Translations under genes and position numbers: made by a program | Assembly: GCF_041248615.1 (NCBI RefSeq) | Contig: NZ_CP158426.1 | Source: Escherichia coli | GTDB lineage: Bacteria; Pseudomonadota; Gammaproteobacteria; Enterobacterales; Enterobacteriaceae | Strand: one strand, 5' to 3' | Length of the DNA: 64,000 nucleotides | Notes under the pieces: model-generated | Told to the model about the DNA's origin: nothing | What the model saw: only the letters and a program-made list of their open reading frames with translations | The model's database searches: none | Part shown: piece by piece, positions 12,088 to 23,714 of the stretch | Layout: each line of letters opens with the position of its first letter | How positions within the stretch are numbered: position 1 is the stretch's first letter

Positions 12088-13185
12088 ATGAAAGGACGTT
12101 GGGTAAAGTACCTTCTTATGGGCACGGTTGTGGCAATGCTTGCCGCCTGCTCTTCCAAACCAACCGATCGCGGACAGCAATATAAAGACGGGAAATTTAC
12201 CCAGCCTTTCTCTCTGGTGAACCAGCCAGATGCCGTTGGCGCGCCGATTAACGCCGGTGATTTTGCCGAGCAAATTAACCATATCCGTAATTCGTCACCG
12301 CGTCTGTATGGCAACCAGAGTAATGTTTATAACGCGGTGCAAGAGTGGCTGCGCGCAGGCGGTGATACCCGCAATATGCGCCAGTTCGGCATTGATGCCT
12401 GGCAGATGGAAGGTGCCGACAACTATGGTAACGTGCAGTTTACCGGTTATTACACGCCGGTAATTCAGGCGCGCCATACCCGCCAGGGCGAGTTCCAGTA
12501 TCCTATTTACCGTATGCCGCCAAAACGTGGTCGTCTGCCGTCTCGTGCGGAGATCTACGCGGGGGCATTGAGTGATAAATATATTCTCGCTTACAGTAAC
12601 TCCCTGATGGATAACTTCATTATGGATGTGCAGGGTAGTGGGTATATCGACTTTGGTGATGGCAGTCCGCTTAACTTTTTCAGCTATGCAGGGAAAAACG
12701 GTCATGCCTATCGCAGCATTGGTAAGGTGCTGATCGACCGTGGCGAAGTGAAAAAAGAAGATATGTCGATGCAGGCGATTCGTCACTGGGGCGAAACACA
12801 CAGTGAAGCCGAGGTTCGCGAGCTGCTGGAACAGAACCCGTCTTTCGTCTTCTTTAAACCGCAATCTTTTGCTCCGGTGAAAGGGGCAAGTGCGGTGCCG
12901 CTGGTTGGTCGCGCGTCAGTTGCCTCTGATCGTTCCATTATTCCGCCAGGTACTACCTTGCTGGCAGAAGTGCCGTTGCTGGATAATAACGGCAAATTTA
13001 ATGGTCAGTACGAACTGCGTCTGATGGTGGCGCTGGATGTCGGTGGTGCAATCAAAGGCCAACACTTCGATATCTATCAAGGGATCGGGCCGGAAGCCGG
13101 ACACCGCGCAGGTTGGTACAACCACTATGGACGTGTCTGGGTGCTGAAAACCGCCCCGGGCGCAGGTAACGTCTTTAGCGGCTGA
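12088..13185 (+). CDS. mltA: Membrane-bound lytic murein transglycosylase A (lipoprotein)
   Basis: 365 aa from MKGRWVKYLLMGTVVAMLAACSS (lipobox LAAC); the track ORF has a spurious N-terminal extension running into the tRNA genes. Confidence 0.9.
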   Translation: MKGRWVKYLLMGTVVAMLAACSSKPTDRGQQYKDGKFTQPFSLVNQPDAVGAPINAGDFAEQINHIRNSSPRLYGNQSNVYNAVQEWLRAGGDTRNMRQFGIDAWQMEGADNYGNVQFTGYYTPVIQARHTRQGEFQYPIYRMPPKRGRLPSRAEIYAGALSDKYILAYSNSLMDNFIMDVQGSGYIDFGDGSPLNFFSYAGKNGHAYRSIGKVLIDRGEVKKEDMSMQAIRHWGETHSEAEVRELLEQNPSFVFFKPQSFAPVKGASAVPLVGRASVASDRSIIPPGTTLLAEVPLLDNNGKFNGQYELRLMVALDVGGAIKGQHFDIYQGIGPEAGHRAGWYNHYGRVWVLKTAPGAGNVFSG

Positions 13186-13273
13186 TGTGATATTCTGTAT
13201 GCCGTTTTTACGGATATGACAGGGTGAGGGGTAACCTCACATCCTGATTATTGACTAAGTGCGCGTTGTTCAT

Positions 13274-13371
13274 GCCGGATGCGGCGTGAACGCCTTATCC
13301 GGCCTACAAATCATGCAAATCCAAAATATTGCAGGAGTTATGTAGGCCTGATAAGCGTAGCGCATCAGGCA
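13274..13371. repeat. BIME: two REP elements in inverted orientation
   Basis: gccggatgcggcgtgaacgccttatccggcctaca (13274-13307) and tgtaggcctgataagcgtagcgcatcaggca (13341-13371) match the REP consensus. Confidence 0.8.
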
Positions 13372-13423
13372 TTTATGCGTTTAGGGTGAGGGATAACCTC
13401 GCCCTTTTTAATTCTGAGGTGCT

Positions 13424-14230
13424 ATGTCTGTGGTAATTAGTGATGCATGGCGTCAGCGTTTTGGTGGCACAGCGCGTCTGTATGGTGAAAAAGCGTTGCA
13501 ACTGTTTGCTGACGCGCATATTTGTGTGGTTGGTATCGGTGGTGTCGGTTCCTGGGCGGCGGAAGCGCTGGCGCGCACGGGGATTGGCGCAATCACGCTT
13601 ATCGATATGGATGATGTGTGCGTCACCAATACCAATCGGCAAATTCATGCCCTGCGCGATAACGTTGGGCTGGCAAAAGCGGAAGTTATGGTGGAGCGTA
13701 TTCGCCAGATTAACCCGGAGTGCCGTGTAACGGTGGTGGATGATTTCGTGACGCCGGATAACGTAGCGCAGTATATGAGCGTGGGTTATTCGTACGTGAT
13801 TGATGCCATTGATAGTGTACGGCCCAAAGCGGCGCTGATTGCTTATTGTCGGCGCAATAAAATCCCACTGGTCACAACCGGTGGCGCGGGTGGGCAGATT
13901 GATCCGACGCAGATTCAGGTTACCGATCTGGCGAAAACGATTCAGGACCCGCTGGCGGCGAAGTTGCGCGAGCGCCTGAAAAGCGATTTTGGCGTAGTGA
14001 AAAACAGTAAAGGTAAGCTCGGCGTGGATTGCGTGTTTTCTACTGAAGCGCTGGTGTACCCGCAGTCAGACGGTACGGTGTGTGCGATGAAAGCCACGGC
14101 AGAAGGGCCGAAGCGGATGGATTGTGCATCTGGATTTGGCGCGGCAACGATGGTGACCGCCACCTTTGGGTTTGTTGCGGTTTCTCATGCGCTGAAGAAG
14201 ATGATGGCGAAAGCGGCGCGTCAGGGTTAA
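13424..14230 (+). CDS. tcdA: tRNA threonylcarbamoyladenosine dehydratase (E1-like, CsdL)
   Basis: 268 aa; ThiF/MoeB-type nucleotide-binding motif VVGIGGVGSWAAEALARTG. Confidence 0.9.
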   Translation: MSVVISDAWRQRFGGTARLYGEKALQLFADAHICVVGIGGVGSWAAEALARTGIGAITLIDMDDVCVTNTNRQIHALRDNVGLAKAEVMVERIRQINPECRVTVVDDFVTPDNVAQYMSVGYSYVIDAIDSVRPKAALIAYCRRNKIPLVTTGGAGGQIDPTQIQVTDLAKTIQDPLAAKLRERLKSDFGVVKNSKGKLGVDCVFSTEALVYPQSDGTVCAMKATAEGPKRMDCASGFGAATMVTATFGFVAVSHALKKMMAKAARQG

Positions 14231-14238
14231 ACAATCAG

Positions 14239-14270
14239 GTCGGATGAGACGCGAACGTCTTATCCGACCC
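14239..14270. repeat. REP-like palindrome between tcdA and csdE
   Basis: ggtcggatgagacgcgaacgtcttatccgacc inverted repeat. Confidence 0.6.
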
Positions 14271-14280
14271 GGTTCTGTGC

Positions 14281-14724
14281 TTAAACCTGCTTCGTCGCAG
14301 CGATAATCGCCTCGCTTAACGCATTTAACCCCTGGCTGCGTGAGGCGCTAAGCTGCGCACGTAATCCCAGCTCATCAAACAATGCCAGTGGTGACTGTGC
14401 CTGCAACTCGGCGGCGGTTTTCCCCTCAACGGCAGTCAACAACACCGCCAGCAGGCCGCGCACAATGCGCCCTTCGCTGTCGCCAAAGAAATGCATTTTG
14501 CCGTTTTCAGCCACTGTATATCCCAGCCAGACGCGGTTTTCGCATCCGGCAATCTCTTTAGCCTGCGCTTTTAACTCGTCTGGCAATGCCGGAAGCTGTT
14601 TCCCCAGCATGATCAACTGGCGATATTTATCTTCCCATTGCGTCAACGGTGCGAAGGTATTGCGTAACGTTTCTGCGGTTACGGTTGTGCCGAACGGATG
14701 TCCGGCGAATTGCGGGTTTGTCAT
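14281..14724 (-). CDS. csdE: Sulfur acceptor protein CsdE (SufE-like)
   Basis: 147 aa; start overlaps csdA stop by 1 nt. Confidence 0.9.
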
Positions 14725-15929
14725 TAATCCACCAATAATTCCAGCGCGCGGTCAACGGCATTCACCAGCGCATCCACATCACTCTTTGTATTATATGGCG
14801 CAAAAGAGGCGCGCAGTGTGCCGGTTACGCCTAATTCTGCCAGTAGCGGCTGAGCGCAATGCTGCCCGGCCCGCAGGGCAATACCGTACTCCGCCAGCAG
14901 CGTCACCATATCGCTATGATGAACGCCAGCAAAATCAAAGGCCAGCAGGCTGGAATCCTGGCAGCGGAATGAACGAAAGCCGGGACGTTTCGCCAGCGCA
15001 TCTTCCGCCAGCGTTGCTAAGCTACGGCTCCAGCTTTCGGCCTGGTTGATATCGTAATCTGCCAGCCATTCCAGCGCCGCGCTTAATCCTATGACACCAG
15101 CGACATTTGGCGTTCCAGCTTCCAGTTTCCACGGCGCAGATTGAGTCGTGAAGCCGTCAAAACTCACTTCGTGAACCATTTTGCCGCCGCCCAGCCAGGG
15201 CGACATCGCCTCCAGCAGTTCTGATTTACCATACAGCACGCCGATACCTGTCGGGCCATACAGTTTGTGACCTGAAAAAGCATAGAAATCAATATCCAGT
15301 TGCTGAACATCCGCGGGGAAATGCACTGCCCCCTGAGCACCATCAACCATCACCACCATCCCGGCTGAATGAGCAAAGGTAATCGCTCGCGCCAGATCCG
15401 GACAACCGCCAGTAACGTTCGACATCTGACCCAACGCCAGAATCCGACTACGGGGAGTAATCAGTTCTGGCAACAAATCGACATCCGGCAGTCGCTGCGC
15501 ATTAAGCGGCAATTTCACCACTTTGGCTCCAGTTTGTTGGGCGACCATCAGCCAGGGGACGAGGTTGGCGTGGTGTTCTGCCACGCTGACAATAATCTCA
15601 TCGCCCGGTTGCAGACGCGGACGCGCATAGCATTGTGCCACCATGTTGATGGATTCAGTGGTGCCGCGCGTCCAGACGATAGTTTTATCATCCGGTGCAT
15701 TCAGTAATTGCGCCACTTTCTCTCGTGCAGCTTCATAACGCGCGGTCAGGCGTTGGGCTTCGGCAAACTGGCTGCGATGGACGTTTCCGGCGCTCAGACT
15801 GTAAAACTGTTGGGTGGCTTCAACCACGGCTTCAGGTTTAAGCGCGGTCGCGGCGCTGTCGAGATAGACGCCCGCATCCTGTAGTGCGGGAAACTGGGCG
15901 CGAAACTGCGCGGGATTAAAAACGTTCAT
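14724..15929 (-). CDS. csdA: Cysteine sulfinate desulfinase / cysteine desulfurase CsdA
   Basis: 401 aa from [16 protein letters not shown]; class V aminotransferase features ([10 protein letters not shown]); the track ORF has a 12-codon upstream extension. Confidence 0.9.
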
Positions 15930-16117
15930 GGTACTCCTCGGCTTGATGCACCGATCGTGACGCAAAATTCACTTTGATACAAGGAGAGTGCTAACCATCA
16001 GAATTATCTGGATATCCTGGCGAAGCCGCGTAAGTAACATATGCTGAATAGTGTTAGGCGTTAATTTTAGCCTGTTAATCAATACTATTAAGATTTATTA
16101 ATCGCTTTAAGGAGAAG

Positions 16118-16348
16118 ATGATGAAAAAGACTGCCGCAATTATTTCTGCCTGTATGCTGACTTTTGCCCTGAGCGCCTGTTCCGGTTCGAACTATGTGAT
16201 GCACACCAATGACGGACGTACCATCGTCTCTGACGGCAAACCACAGACTGATAACGATACCGGTATGATTTCGTATAAAGACGCTAATGGCAACAAACAG
16301 CAGATCAACCGTACTGACGTGAAAGAGATGGTCGAACTGGATCAGTAA
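16118..16348 (+). CDS. ygdI: Small lipoprotein YgdI (DUF903)
   Basis: 76 aa, lipobox LSAC, AAGGAG ribosome-binding site; tandem ATG ATG so the start could be 16118 or 16121. Confidence 0.8.
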   Translation: MMKKTAAIISACMLTFALSACSGSNYVMHTNDGRTIVSDGKPQTDNDTGMISYKDANGNKQQINRTDVKEMVELDQ

Positions 16349-16364
16349 TTCGCGATCGCAAGGT

Positions 16365-16570
16365 AAAAAAAAGCACCGCAATTAGGCGGTGCTACATTAA
16401 TCACTATGGACAGACAGGGTAAATGTACAGGAAGTGAAAAAAGGTAGCTTTGCTACCATGGTCTGAATCGCAGACCAATTGCAAACACAACAACACAACA
16501 TCACAACCGTAAGCCAAAAGTTCACCAGAACACGCATTCCGATAAAACTTTTCGTTCCGGCTCAGGAAGT
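16365..16570 (-). ncRNA. gcvB: GcvB small regulatory RNA
   Basis: Minus strand reads ACTTCCTGAGCCGGAACGAAAAGTTTTATCGG...GTTGTGATGTTGTGTTGTTGTGTTTGCAATTGG...GCACCGCCTAATTGCGGTGCTTTTTTTT, including the G/U-rich R1 region and intrinsic terminator; divergent from gcvA as expected. Confidence 0.9.
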
Positions 16571-16698
16571 GCCGCCACTATAGGTATTTGCTGGTAGAAG
16601 CTCAACGGACAATTTATAATGGCTCAGATTAAAAAAACTAATAGGTTACATAGTGTGATCTAATTGTTAAATTCATTTAACATCAAAGTTTAATAGCC

Positions 16699-17616
16699 AT
16701 GTCTAAACGATTACCACCGCTAAATGCCTTACGAGTTTTTGATGCCGCAGCACGCCATTTAAGTTTCACTCGCGCAGCAGAAGAGCTTTTTGTGACCCAA
16801 GCCGCAGTAAGTCATCAAATCAAGTCTCTTGAGGATTTTTTGGGGCTAAAACTGTTCCGCCGCCGTAATCGTTCACTCCTGCTGACCGAGGAAGGGCAAA
16901 GCTATTTCCTCGATATCAAAGAGATATTTTCGCAATTAACCGAAGCGACGCGTAAACTCCAGGCCCGTAGCGCCAAGGGGGCGTTGACGGTCAGTTTACT
17001 CCCCAGTTTCGCCATTCATTGGTTGGTTCCGCGACTTTCCAGCTTTAATTCAGCTTATCCGGGAATTGACGTTCGAATCCAGGCGGTTGATCGTCAGGAA
17101 GATAAGCTGGCGGATGATGTTGATGTGGCGATATTTTATGGTCGGGGCAACTGGCCGGGGCTACGGGTGGAAAAACTGTACGCCGAATATTTATTGCCGG
17201 TGTGTTCGCCGCTACTGCTGACTGGCGAAAAACCCTTGAAGACACCGGAAGATCTGGCTAAACATACGTTATTACATGATGCTTCGCGCCGTGACTGGCA
17301 GACATATACCCGACAGTTGGGGTTAAATCATATCAACGTTCAGCAAGGGCCAATTTTTAGCCATAGCGCCATGGTGCTGCAAGCGGCTATCCACGGGCAG
17401 GGAGTGGCGCTGGCAAATAACGTGATGGCGCAATCTGAAATCGAGGCCGGACGTCTTGTTTGCCCGTTTAATGATGTTCTGGTCAGTAAAAATGCTTTTT
17501 ATCTGGTTTGTCATGACAGTCAGGCAGAACTGGGTAAAATAGCCGCCTTTCGCCAATGGATCCTGGCGAAAGCCGCTGCTGAACAAGAAAAATTCCGCTT
17601 TCGTTATGAACAATAA
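16699..17616 (+). CDS. gcvA: LysR-family regulator of the glycine cleavage system
   Basis: 305 aa; N-terminal helix-turn-helix typical of LysR regulators. Confidence 0.95.
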   Translation: MSKRLPPLNALRVFDAAARHLSFTRAAEELFVTQAAVSHQIKSLEDFLGLKLFRRRNRSLLLTEEGQSYFLDIKEIFSQLTEATRKLQARSAKGALTVSLLPSFAIHWLVPRLSSFNSAYPGIDVRIQAVDRQEDKLADDVDVAIFYGRGNWPGLRVEKLYAEYLLPVCSPLLLTGEKPLKTPEDLAKHTLLHDASRRDWQTYTRQLGLNHINVQQGPIFSHSAMVLQAAIHGQGVALANNVMAQSEIEAGRLVCPFNDVLVSKNAFYLVCHDSQAELGKIAAFRQWILAKAAAEQEKFRFRYEQ

Positions 17617-17634
17617 TTTACGTAGGGTACGACC

Positions 17635-18030
17635 ATGACCAGCCGTTTTATGCTGATTTTCGCCGCCATTAGCGGCTTCATTTTTGTGGCTCTGGGCGCT
17701 TTTGGCGCGCATGTGTTAAGTAAAACCATGGGGGCCGTTGAGATGGGCTGGATCCAGACCGGCCTCGAATACCAGGCGTTTCATACGCTGGCGATCTTAG
17801 GTCTGGCGGTGGCAATGCAGCGTCGCATCAGTATCTGGTTTTACTGGAGTAGCGTTTTCCTCGCGTTAGGCACGGTGTTGTTCAGCGGCAGCCTTTATTG
17901 CCTGGCGCTGTCCCATCTGCGTTTGTGGGCGTTTGTCACTCCGGTTGGCGGCGTGAGCTTCCTCGCGGGCTGGGCGTTAATGTTAGTTGGTGCTATCCGT
18001 TTAAAGCGCAAGGGCGTAAGTCATGAATAA
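17635..18030 (+). CDS. ygdD: DUF423 inner-membrane protein
   Basis: 131 aa hydrophobic ORF; overlaps rlmM start by 8 nt. Confidence 0.85.
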
Positions 18031-19123
18031 GGTTGTATTGCTGTGCCGTCCGGGCTTTGAAAAAGAGTGCGCCGCAGAAATTACCGATAAAGCCGGCCAG
18101 CGGGAAATTTTCGGTTTTGCCCGCGTGAAAGAGAATGCGGGTTATGTCATTTATGAATGTTATCAACCTGATGATGGCGATAAGTTAATCCGTGAGCTGC
18201 CGTTCAGTTCATTAATTTTTGCCCGCCAGTGGTTTGTGGTGGGGGAACTCCTGCAGCATTTGCCGCCAGAAGATCGTATTACCCCCATTGTCGGCATGTT
18301 ACAGGGCGTAGTAGAGAAGGGCGGTGAACTGCGTGTTGAAGTTGCCGATACCAACGAAAGCAAAGAGTTACTGAAATTCTGCCGTAAATTTACTGTTCCG
18401 CTACGCGCTGCCTTGCGCGATGCCGGGGTGCTGGCGAACTATGAAACGCCGAAGCGTCCGGTTGTGCATGTATTCTTTATTGCACCAGGCTGCTGCTATA
18501 CCGGTTACTCATACAGCAACAATAATTCGCCGTTCTATATGGGCATTCCGCGCCTGAAATTTCCGGCAGATGCGCCGAGTCGTTCCACGCTCAAACTGGA
18601 AGAGGCATTTCATGTGTTTATTCCTGCGGATGAGTGGGATGAACGCCTGGCGAACGGGATGTGGGCGGTGGATTTAGGCGCTTGCCCTGGCGGCTGGACC
18701 TACCAACTGGTGAAGCGCAACATGTGGGTTTATTCCGTCGACAACGGCCCGATGGCGCAAAGTCTGATGGATACCGGACAGGTGACGTGGCTGCGGGAAG
18801 ACGGTTTCAAATTCCGTCCGACGCGCAGCAATATCTCCTGGATGGTATGCGATATGGTTGAAAAACCGGCGAAAGTTGCGGCATTGATGGCGCAGTGGCT
18901 GGTTAATGGCTGGTGCCGTGAAACCATTTTCAACCTCAAACTGCCGATGAAAAAACGCTACGAAGAAGTGTCACACAATCTGGCGTATATTCAGGCACAG
19001 CTTGATGAACATGGCATAAATGCTCAGATTCAGGCGCGGCAGTTGTATCACGATCGCGAAGAAGTGACGGTGCACGTCCGCCGCATCTGGGCTGCGGTGG
19101 GTGGTCGTCGCGACGAGCGATAA
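18023..19123 (+). CDS. rlmM: 23S rRNA (cytidine2498-2'-O)-methyltransferase
   Basis: 366 aa, recognised from translation and synteny. Confidence 0.9.
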
Positions 19124-19166
19124 CAGGCAAGGCCGGGGCGTCGTCTCCGGCCTGCTACCCTTTCCG

Positions 19167-19898
19167 TCAGGCTGTTACCAAAGAAGTTGCAACCTGGCGC
19201 TCATCAGAAATAATGTGCGTTACCTCATCCAGATGCCCGATGCGGGCTTCCCCTGAACGATTAAATTTACTTTTATCAATCAATAACAACGATTGCGCGG
19301 CACGTTTTAATAGCATCGATTTGTAATCAGCGTTGATCGCATTGGAGTCCCACAGTGCGCCGCTGCTATCGATCCCTTCACAAGAAAAAATAAACAGATC
19401 GATTTCCAGCGATTTAAGTTGGGAAATCAGCGAGGGATTGACGTAACAGCCATATTTGCGCTCAAGTGTGCCGCCGGAACTGATCAGTTGAATGCGTTCG
19501 CGTTTACCGAGTTCATGGCAAATCGGATGGCTATTGGTGAAGACCTGAATGTTGATGTCAGGCAACTGGCGTGCCAGATACCAGCAAGTTGAACTGGCGT
19601 CTAAGGCTATCACCATCCCTTCTTCAATCCACGCGAGCGCCTCGCGCGCGATATCTGCTTTATGCGCATAATGGCTTTTCAGCCTGATGTGAAAGGGATC
19701 GCCACTGTCTTGATTTTGACGGTGGATATATTTAGCGCGTCCATGATTGCGCAGAATTTTACCCTGCGTCTGTAATTCATTGAGATCGCGACGAATGGTT
19801 TCTTTACTGACCTTTAGCTGTTCAGAGAGAGCTTCCGTGGTCAGGCTGGTATGGTTCAGCAGCAGGTCGACTATCGCTTGCTGGCGTGCCGCTTTCAT
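19167..19898 (-). CDS. fucR: DeoR-family activator of the fucose regulon
   Basis: 243 aa from MKAARQQAIVDLL; the track ORF has 3 extra N-terminal codons. Confidence 0.9.
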   Translation of the reverse strand: MKAARQQAIVDLLLNHTSLTTEALSEQLKVSKETIRRDLNELQTQGKILRNHGRAKYIHRQNQDSGDPFHIRLKSHYAHKADIAREALAWIEEGMVIALDASSTCWYLARQLPDINIQVFTNSHPICHELGKRERIQLISSGGTLERKYGCYVNPSLISQLKSLEIDLFIFSCEGIDSSGALWDSNAINADYKSMLLKRAAQSLLLIDKSKFNRSGEARIGHLDEVTHIISDERQVATSLVTA

Positions 19899-19955
19899 AT
19901 TTTTCACCCCATCATTCGATAACCGCCCGCGTCATGCGGGCGTACCGGTATGAGA

Positions 19956-20378
19956 TTACGGTGTTACCCCTTTTTTTAAAAGAATATTCCCGTACTTCGC
20001 TCGTTCGCCTGTGATAACGATCGCAAAGGCTTTTTGCGCCCGTTCATAAAACGCAAAACGATTGATGCGGATGATGTCAGGACACGGGGCTTGTAGTGAA
20101 AGCGCATTACGGTAACGTCGTTCTACTTCAGGATCGAGAGTGTCACCTTCTACCGCCGCCATCATCACCAGCGGCGGTGCATAACTGTCCAGTTCAAATA
20201 ACGGGATAATCGCCTGGAGCAAGTCGCTCACCAACAGGCCATCAGCGCGGATCACCTGCGGTCCCATCGAATGGGCGGGAAAGTGAGCATCGGAAAAAAT
20301 AATTTCATCTCCATGTCCCATCTCTGCCAGCACTTTCAATAGTTCGGGAGAAATTAACGGCGAAATTGTTTTCAGCAT
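19956..20378 (-). CDS. fucU: L-fucose mutarotase
   Basis: 140 aa, RbsD/FucU family. Confidence 0.9.
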
Positions 20379-20379
20379 T

Positions 20380-21798
20380 TCACACTTCCTCTATAAATTC
20401 AGGTTCAGTTTGCGGGTAGAAATAACGGTACTGATAATGAATCTGTGCGCGGGCTTCTTCCGGGCTGTTAAATTCCCCTACGCCATACCAACCGAACAGC
20501 GCAGCTCCTGCGACGGTCGTTTCGGCGTCGTCGAGAACTTTTACCGGAATATCAAGCATATTGGCTTTAATCTGATTCCACAATGTGTTGCGACTTCCTC
20601 CACCGACTAACAATAATTCAGAGGCCTTAAAGTGCCCGATTTTTTCCAGCATCTGTAGATTGCGCTGTAATTGCGCAGTTAACCCTTCCAGCGCCGCGCG
20701 ATAGAAATGCCCCCGCGTGGTATTAAGCGTCACTCCTTGCCAGCCAGCGTTCTGACACGACAATAAATCACACTGCATTTTTACGCCATCCGCGCCAGGC
20801 GCGATCAGACGAGCTTCTTCAATCAACATTTGCCAGGGTGTTTCAGCCGTCCAGAACAGTTTTCTCACCCATTCCAGCACGCCGGATGCCAGCCATTGCA
20901 TACCTGGGTTATACAACCCTGCCTGGCTATCCAGTTCGCAGGTGGAACCGGCGTACTGACTTAACAGCGAAGTATCAACCTGGGCGCTGCGAACCATTAA
21001 AATTTCCCATGTACCGGAAGAGAGCACGGGTTCATTTTGTTCAGCACCAGCGCCAAAAAGGGCGAACTGGGTATCGTGACCTGCGGAAATCACCGGTATG
21101 CCAACGGGTAAGCCGAGCATTGCTGCGGCGCTGTTCTGTAGCGTACCAATCTGTTCACCCGCTTCCACCAGACGAGGGAAGAGTCGGCGTGGAATACCGG
21201 TGGCTTGTAAAATTTGCGGACTGAAATCGCGTTGCTGGATATCCAGCATCTGGCTGGTTCCGGCCATCGTGATATCAGTAGTGAATTCGCCGGTTAAACG
21301 GTGGTTAATCAGCGACGAAATAAAGAGCCAGGCGTGCGCGCGTTCCAGCAGTTGTGGATGATTTTCTTTCAACCACACCAACTTATATAACGTATTGAAA
21401 CTAAAGGCTCCGACGCCAGAAATAGCCTGCAACCGCTGTGCGGAGATTAACCGTTCAATATTGTCCATAACCGCTGCTGTTCGCGGACATTTCCAGCTAA
21501 TAATCGGATAGAGCAGATTGCCTTGCTTATCTACCAGAGCGCCATCCACACCAAAGGTGGTGACGGCGATACCGCGGATGTGGCATTCAGTCAGTTCACT
21601 ATTGATTTGCCGACAGCAATCAGCAAAGCGTTGCAAAATGGCGTCTAAAGACCACTGGTGCCAGGTGTTGTTTTCCATCGCGATATCGCTGGCATTAGGC
21701 GTTGAGGCGCGGGCAACAATTTTGCCCTGCCGATTAACCGCGATGGCCCTGACATTGGTCGCGCCACAGTCGAGTACCAGGATAACTTCTTGTTTCAT
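20380..21798 (-). CDS. fucK: L-fuculokinase
   Basis: FGGY kinase. Start set at [16 protein letters not shown], which has a GCAGGAG ribosome-binding site; an in-frame upstream start at 21828 (482 aa) is also possible. Confidence 0.85.
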
Positions 21799-21906
21799 AA
21801 TCGCTCCTGCAATATAGCCGGATAACATTGCTTATCCGGCTAACCACTCTTGCTTGTTCAGGCCCGGTAGCCGGAGCGACCGGGCATCACATCAGGGAGT
21901 AATGTA

Positions 21907-23682
21907 TTAACGCTTGTACAACGGACCGTAGTTCTGGCAAGCGCGGTAATCCTGGCCTTCAATATCCATGCCGTGCGCAGCCCAGGCAGAAGGACGATAC
22001 ACTTTGGTCTCTTCAACGTTGTGCATACATACCGGGATACGCAGCATGGAGGCGAGAGTGATAAAGTCTGCGCCAACGTGGCCGATGGTCAGAACCCCAT
22101 GGTTAGCGCCCCAGTTCGCCATTACCGAGTACACATCCGTAAACGGCCCTTTACCGGTGAGGCGCGGTGCAAACCAGGTGGTTGGCCAGGTTGAGTTGGT
22201 GCGTTTGTTGAGGATGTCATGCACATCCTTCGGCAATTCCACGCTCCAGCCTTCCGCGATTTGCAGTACCGGTCCCAGGCCTTTGATGATGTTGACACGA
22301 GTCATGGTGAACGGGACGCCGCCTTCGGTAAGGAAGCGGGAAGAGTAACCGCCGCCACGGAAGTATTCGTGGATCGCCGGGCACCATTCGGTAGCGGCGA
22401 GGCAAGCGTCAGCCTCTTGCTGAGAGATTTCCCAGTGTGGCTTCATCGTCGGGTTACCTTCGCTGTCGCGTTGTTTACAGGAACCGTCCAGCGCAGCAGA
22501 ACCGGAGTTGATCAAATGGATGATGCCGTGTTCTGCCAGTCCATCCAGTTTATGCCCCGTTACACGCTCAATTGCTTCTGGTGACCAGTAGGTACGCACA
22601 TCGGCAAATACCTGAGCGGTGCCGGTGAGCTGGTGACCCATTAGCATTGCCACGCCGTTAAGACTGTCGTTTTCGGTCGCCACGACAAAGGGTTCGCGCA
22701 CGCCATTCCAGTCAAATGAACTGTTGAGGATCGCTTCGGCGGTGTCACCATTGGGATATTGATCGGTCCAGTGACGTTGCCCCTGGAAGCCCGCAGCGAT
22801 GGCGTTGTAGCCAAGTGATTCTTCCACGCGACCAATATCGGCCAGTTTGCTGTTGCCTTGCATCATGTCGCGGATACACATCGCCATCAGTAAACTTTCT
22901 CTCAGAACTGCGCGGCTTTGCTCGGCATTGCGTTGATACTGTTTGTTATTTTCATCTTCGCCATAGCGGAAGTTTTTATCTGCCCAGGCCAGCGCCATTT
23001 CCAGTTCGGCTTCGTCGTAAATCTTCTGATCGATACGGCGACGCAGTTCGGTCATATCCACCGCCTGGACTTTCATTCCCAGCCAGGATTCAAAGAAGTT
23101 GTGATCAACAATGGAACCGGCGATACCCATCGAAACGCCGCCCAGCGACAGATAGCTTTTACCTTTCATGCTGGCGACTGCTAAACCGGCGCGGGCAAAG
23201 CGCAGCAGTTTTTCTTCAACATCAGCAGGAATCGATGTGTCATCGGCATCCTGAACGTCATGACCGTAAATGGAGAATGCCGGGATGCCTTTCTGGCTGT
23301 GAGCTGCCAAAGCCGCAGCCAGGTAAACAGCGCCGGGGCGTTCAGTGCCGTTAAAGCCCCAAATGGCTTTCGGGCGGGTTGGATCCATGTCGATAGTTTC
23401 ACTGCCATAGCACCAGCAAGGCGTTACCGTAATGGTGAGGCCTACATTCTGACTGCTGAATTTTTCTTCGCAAGCAGCGGCTTCAGCCATACCCGCGATA
23501 CAGGTATCGGAAATGACACACTCGACGGCAGCTCCGCAGGCATGGCGCAGTTTCTCGGTCAGCAGTGCAGCCGTGGCTTTCGCCATATTCATTGTTTGTT
23601 CTTCAAGCGACTCACGAACACCCATGCGACGACCGTCAATAACCGGGCGGATACCAATTTTCGGTAAGCTGATTTTTTTCAT
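21907..23682 (-). CDS. fucI: L-fucose isomerase
   Basis: 591 aa, recognised from translation. Confidence 0.95.
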   Translation of the reverse strand: MKKISLPKIGIRPVIDGRRMGVRESLEEQTMNMAKATAALLTEKLRHACGAAVECVISDTCIAGMAEAAACEEKFSSQNVGLTITVTPCWCYGSETIDMDPTRPKAIWGFNGTERPGAVYLAAALAAHSQKGIPAFSIYGHDVQDADDTSIPADVEEKLLRFARAGLAVASMKGKSYLSLGGVSMGIAGSIVDHNFFESWLGMKVQAVDMTELRRRIDQKIYDEAELEMALAWADKNFRYGEDENNKQYQRNAEQSRAVLRESLLMAMCIRDMMQGNSKLADIGRVEESLGYNAIAAGFQGQRHWTDQYPNGDTAEAILNSSFDWNGVREPFVVATENDSLNGVAMLMGHQLTGTAQVFADVRTYWSPEAIERVTGHKLDGLAEHGIIHLINSGSAALDGSCKQRDSEGNPTMKPHWEISQQEADACLAATEWCPAIHEYFRGGGYSSRFLTEGGVPFTMTRVNIIKGLGPVLQIAEGWSVELPKDVHDILNKRTNSTWPTTWFAPRLTGKGPFTDVYSVMANWGANHGVLTIGHVGADFITLASMLRIPVCMHNVEETKVYRPSAWAAHGMDIEGQDYRACQNYGPLYKR

Positions 23683-23714
23683 TACAGATTCCTCACTTTA
23701 TTCGGAAAATATGT

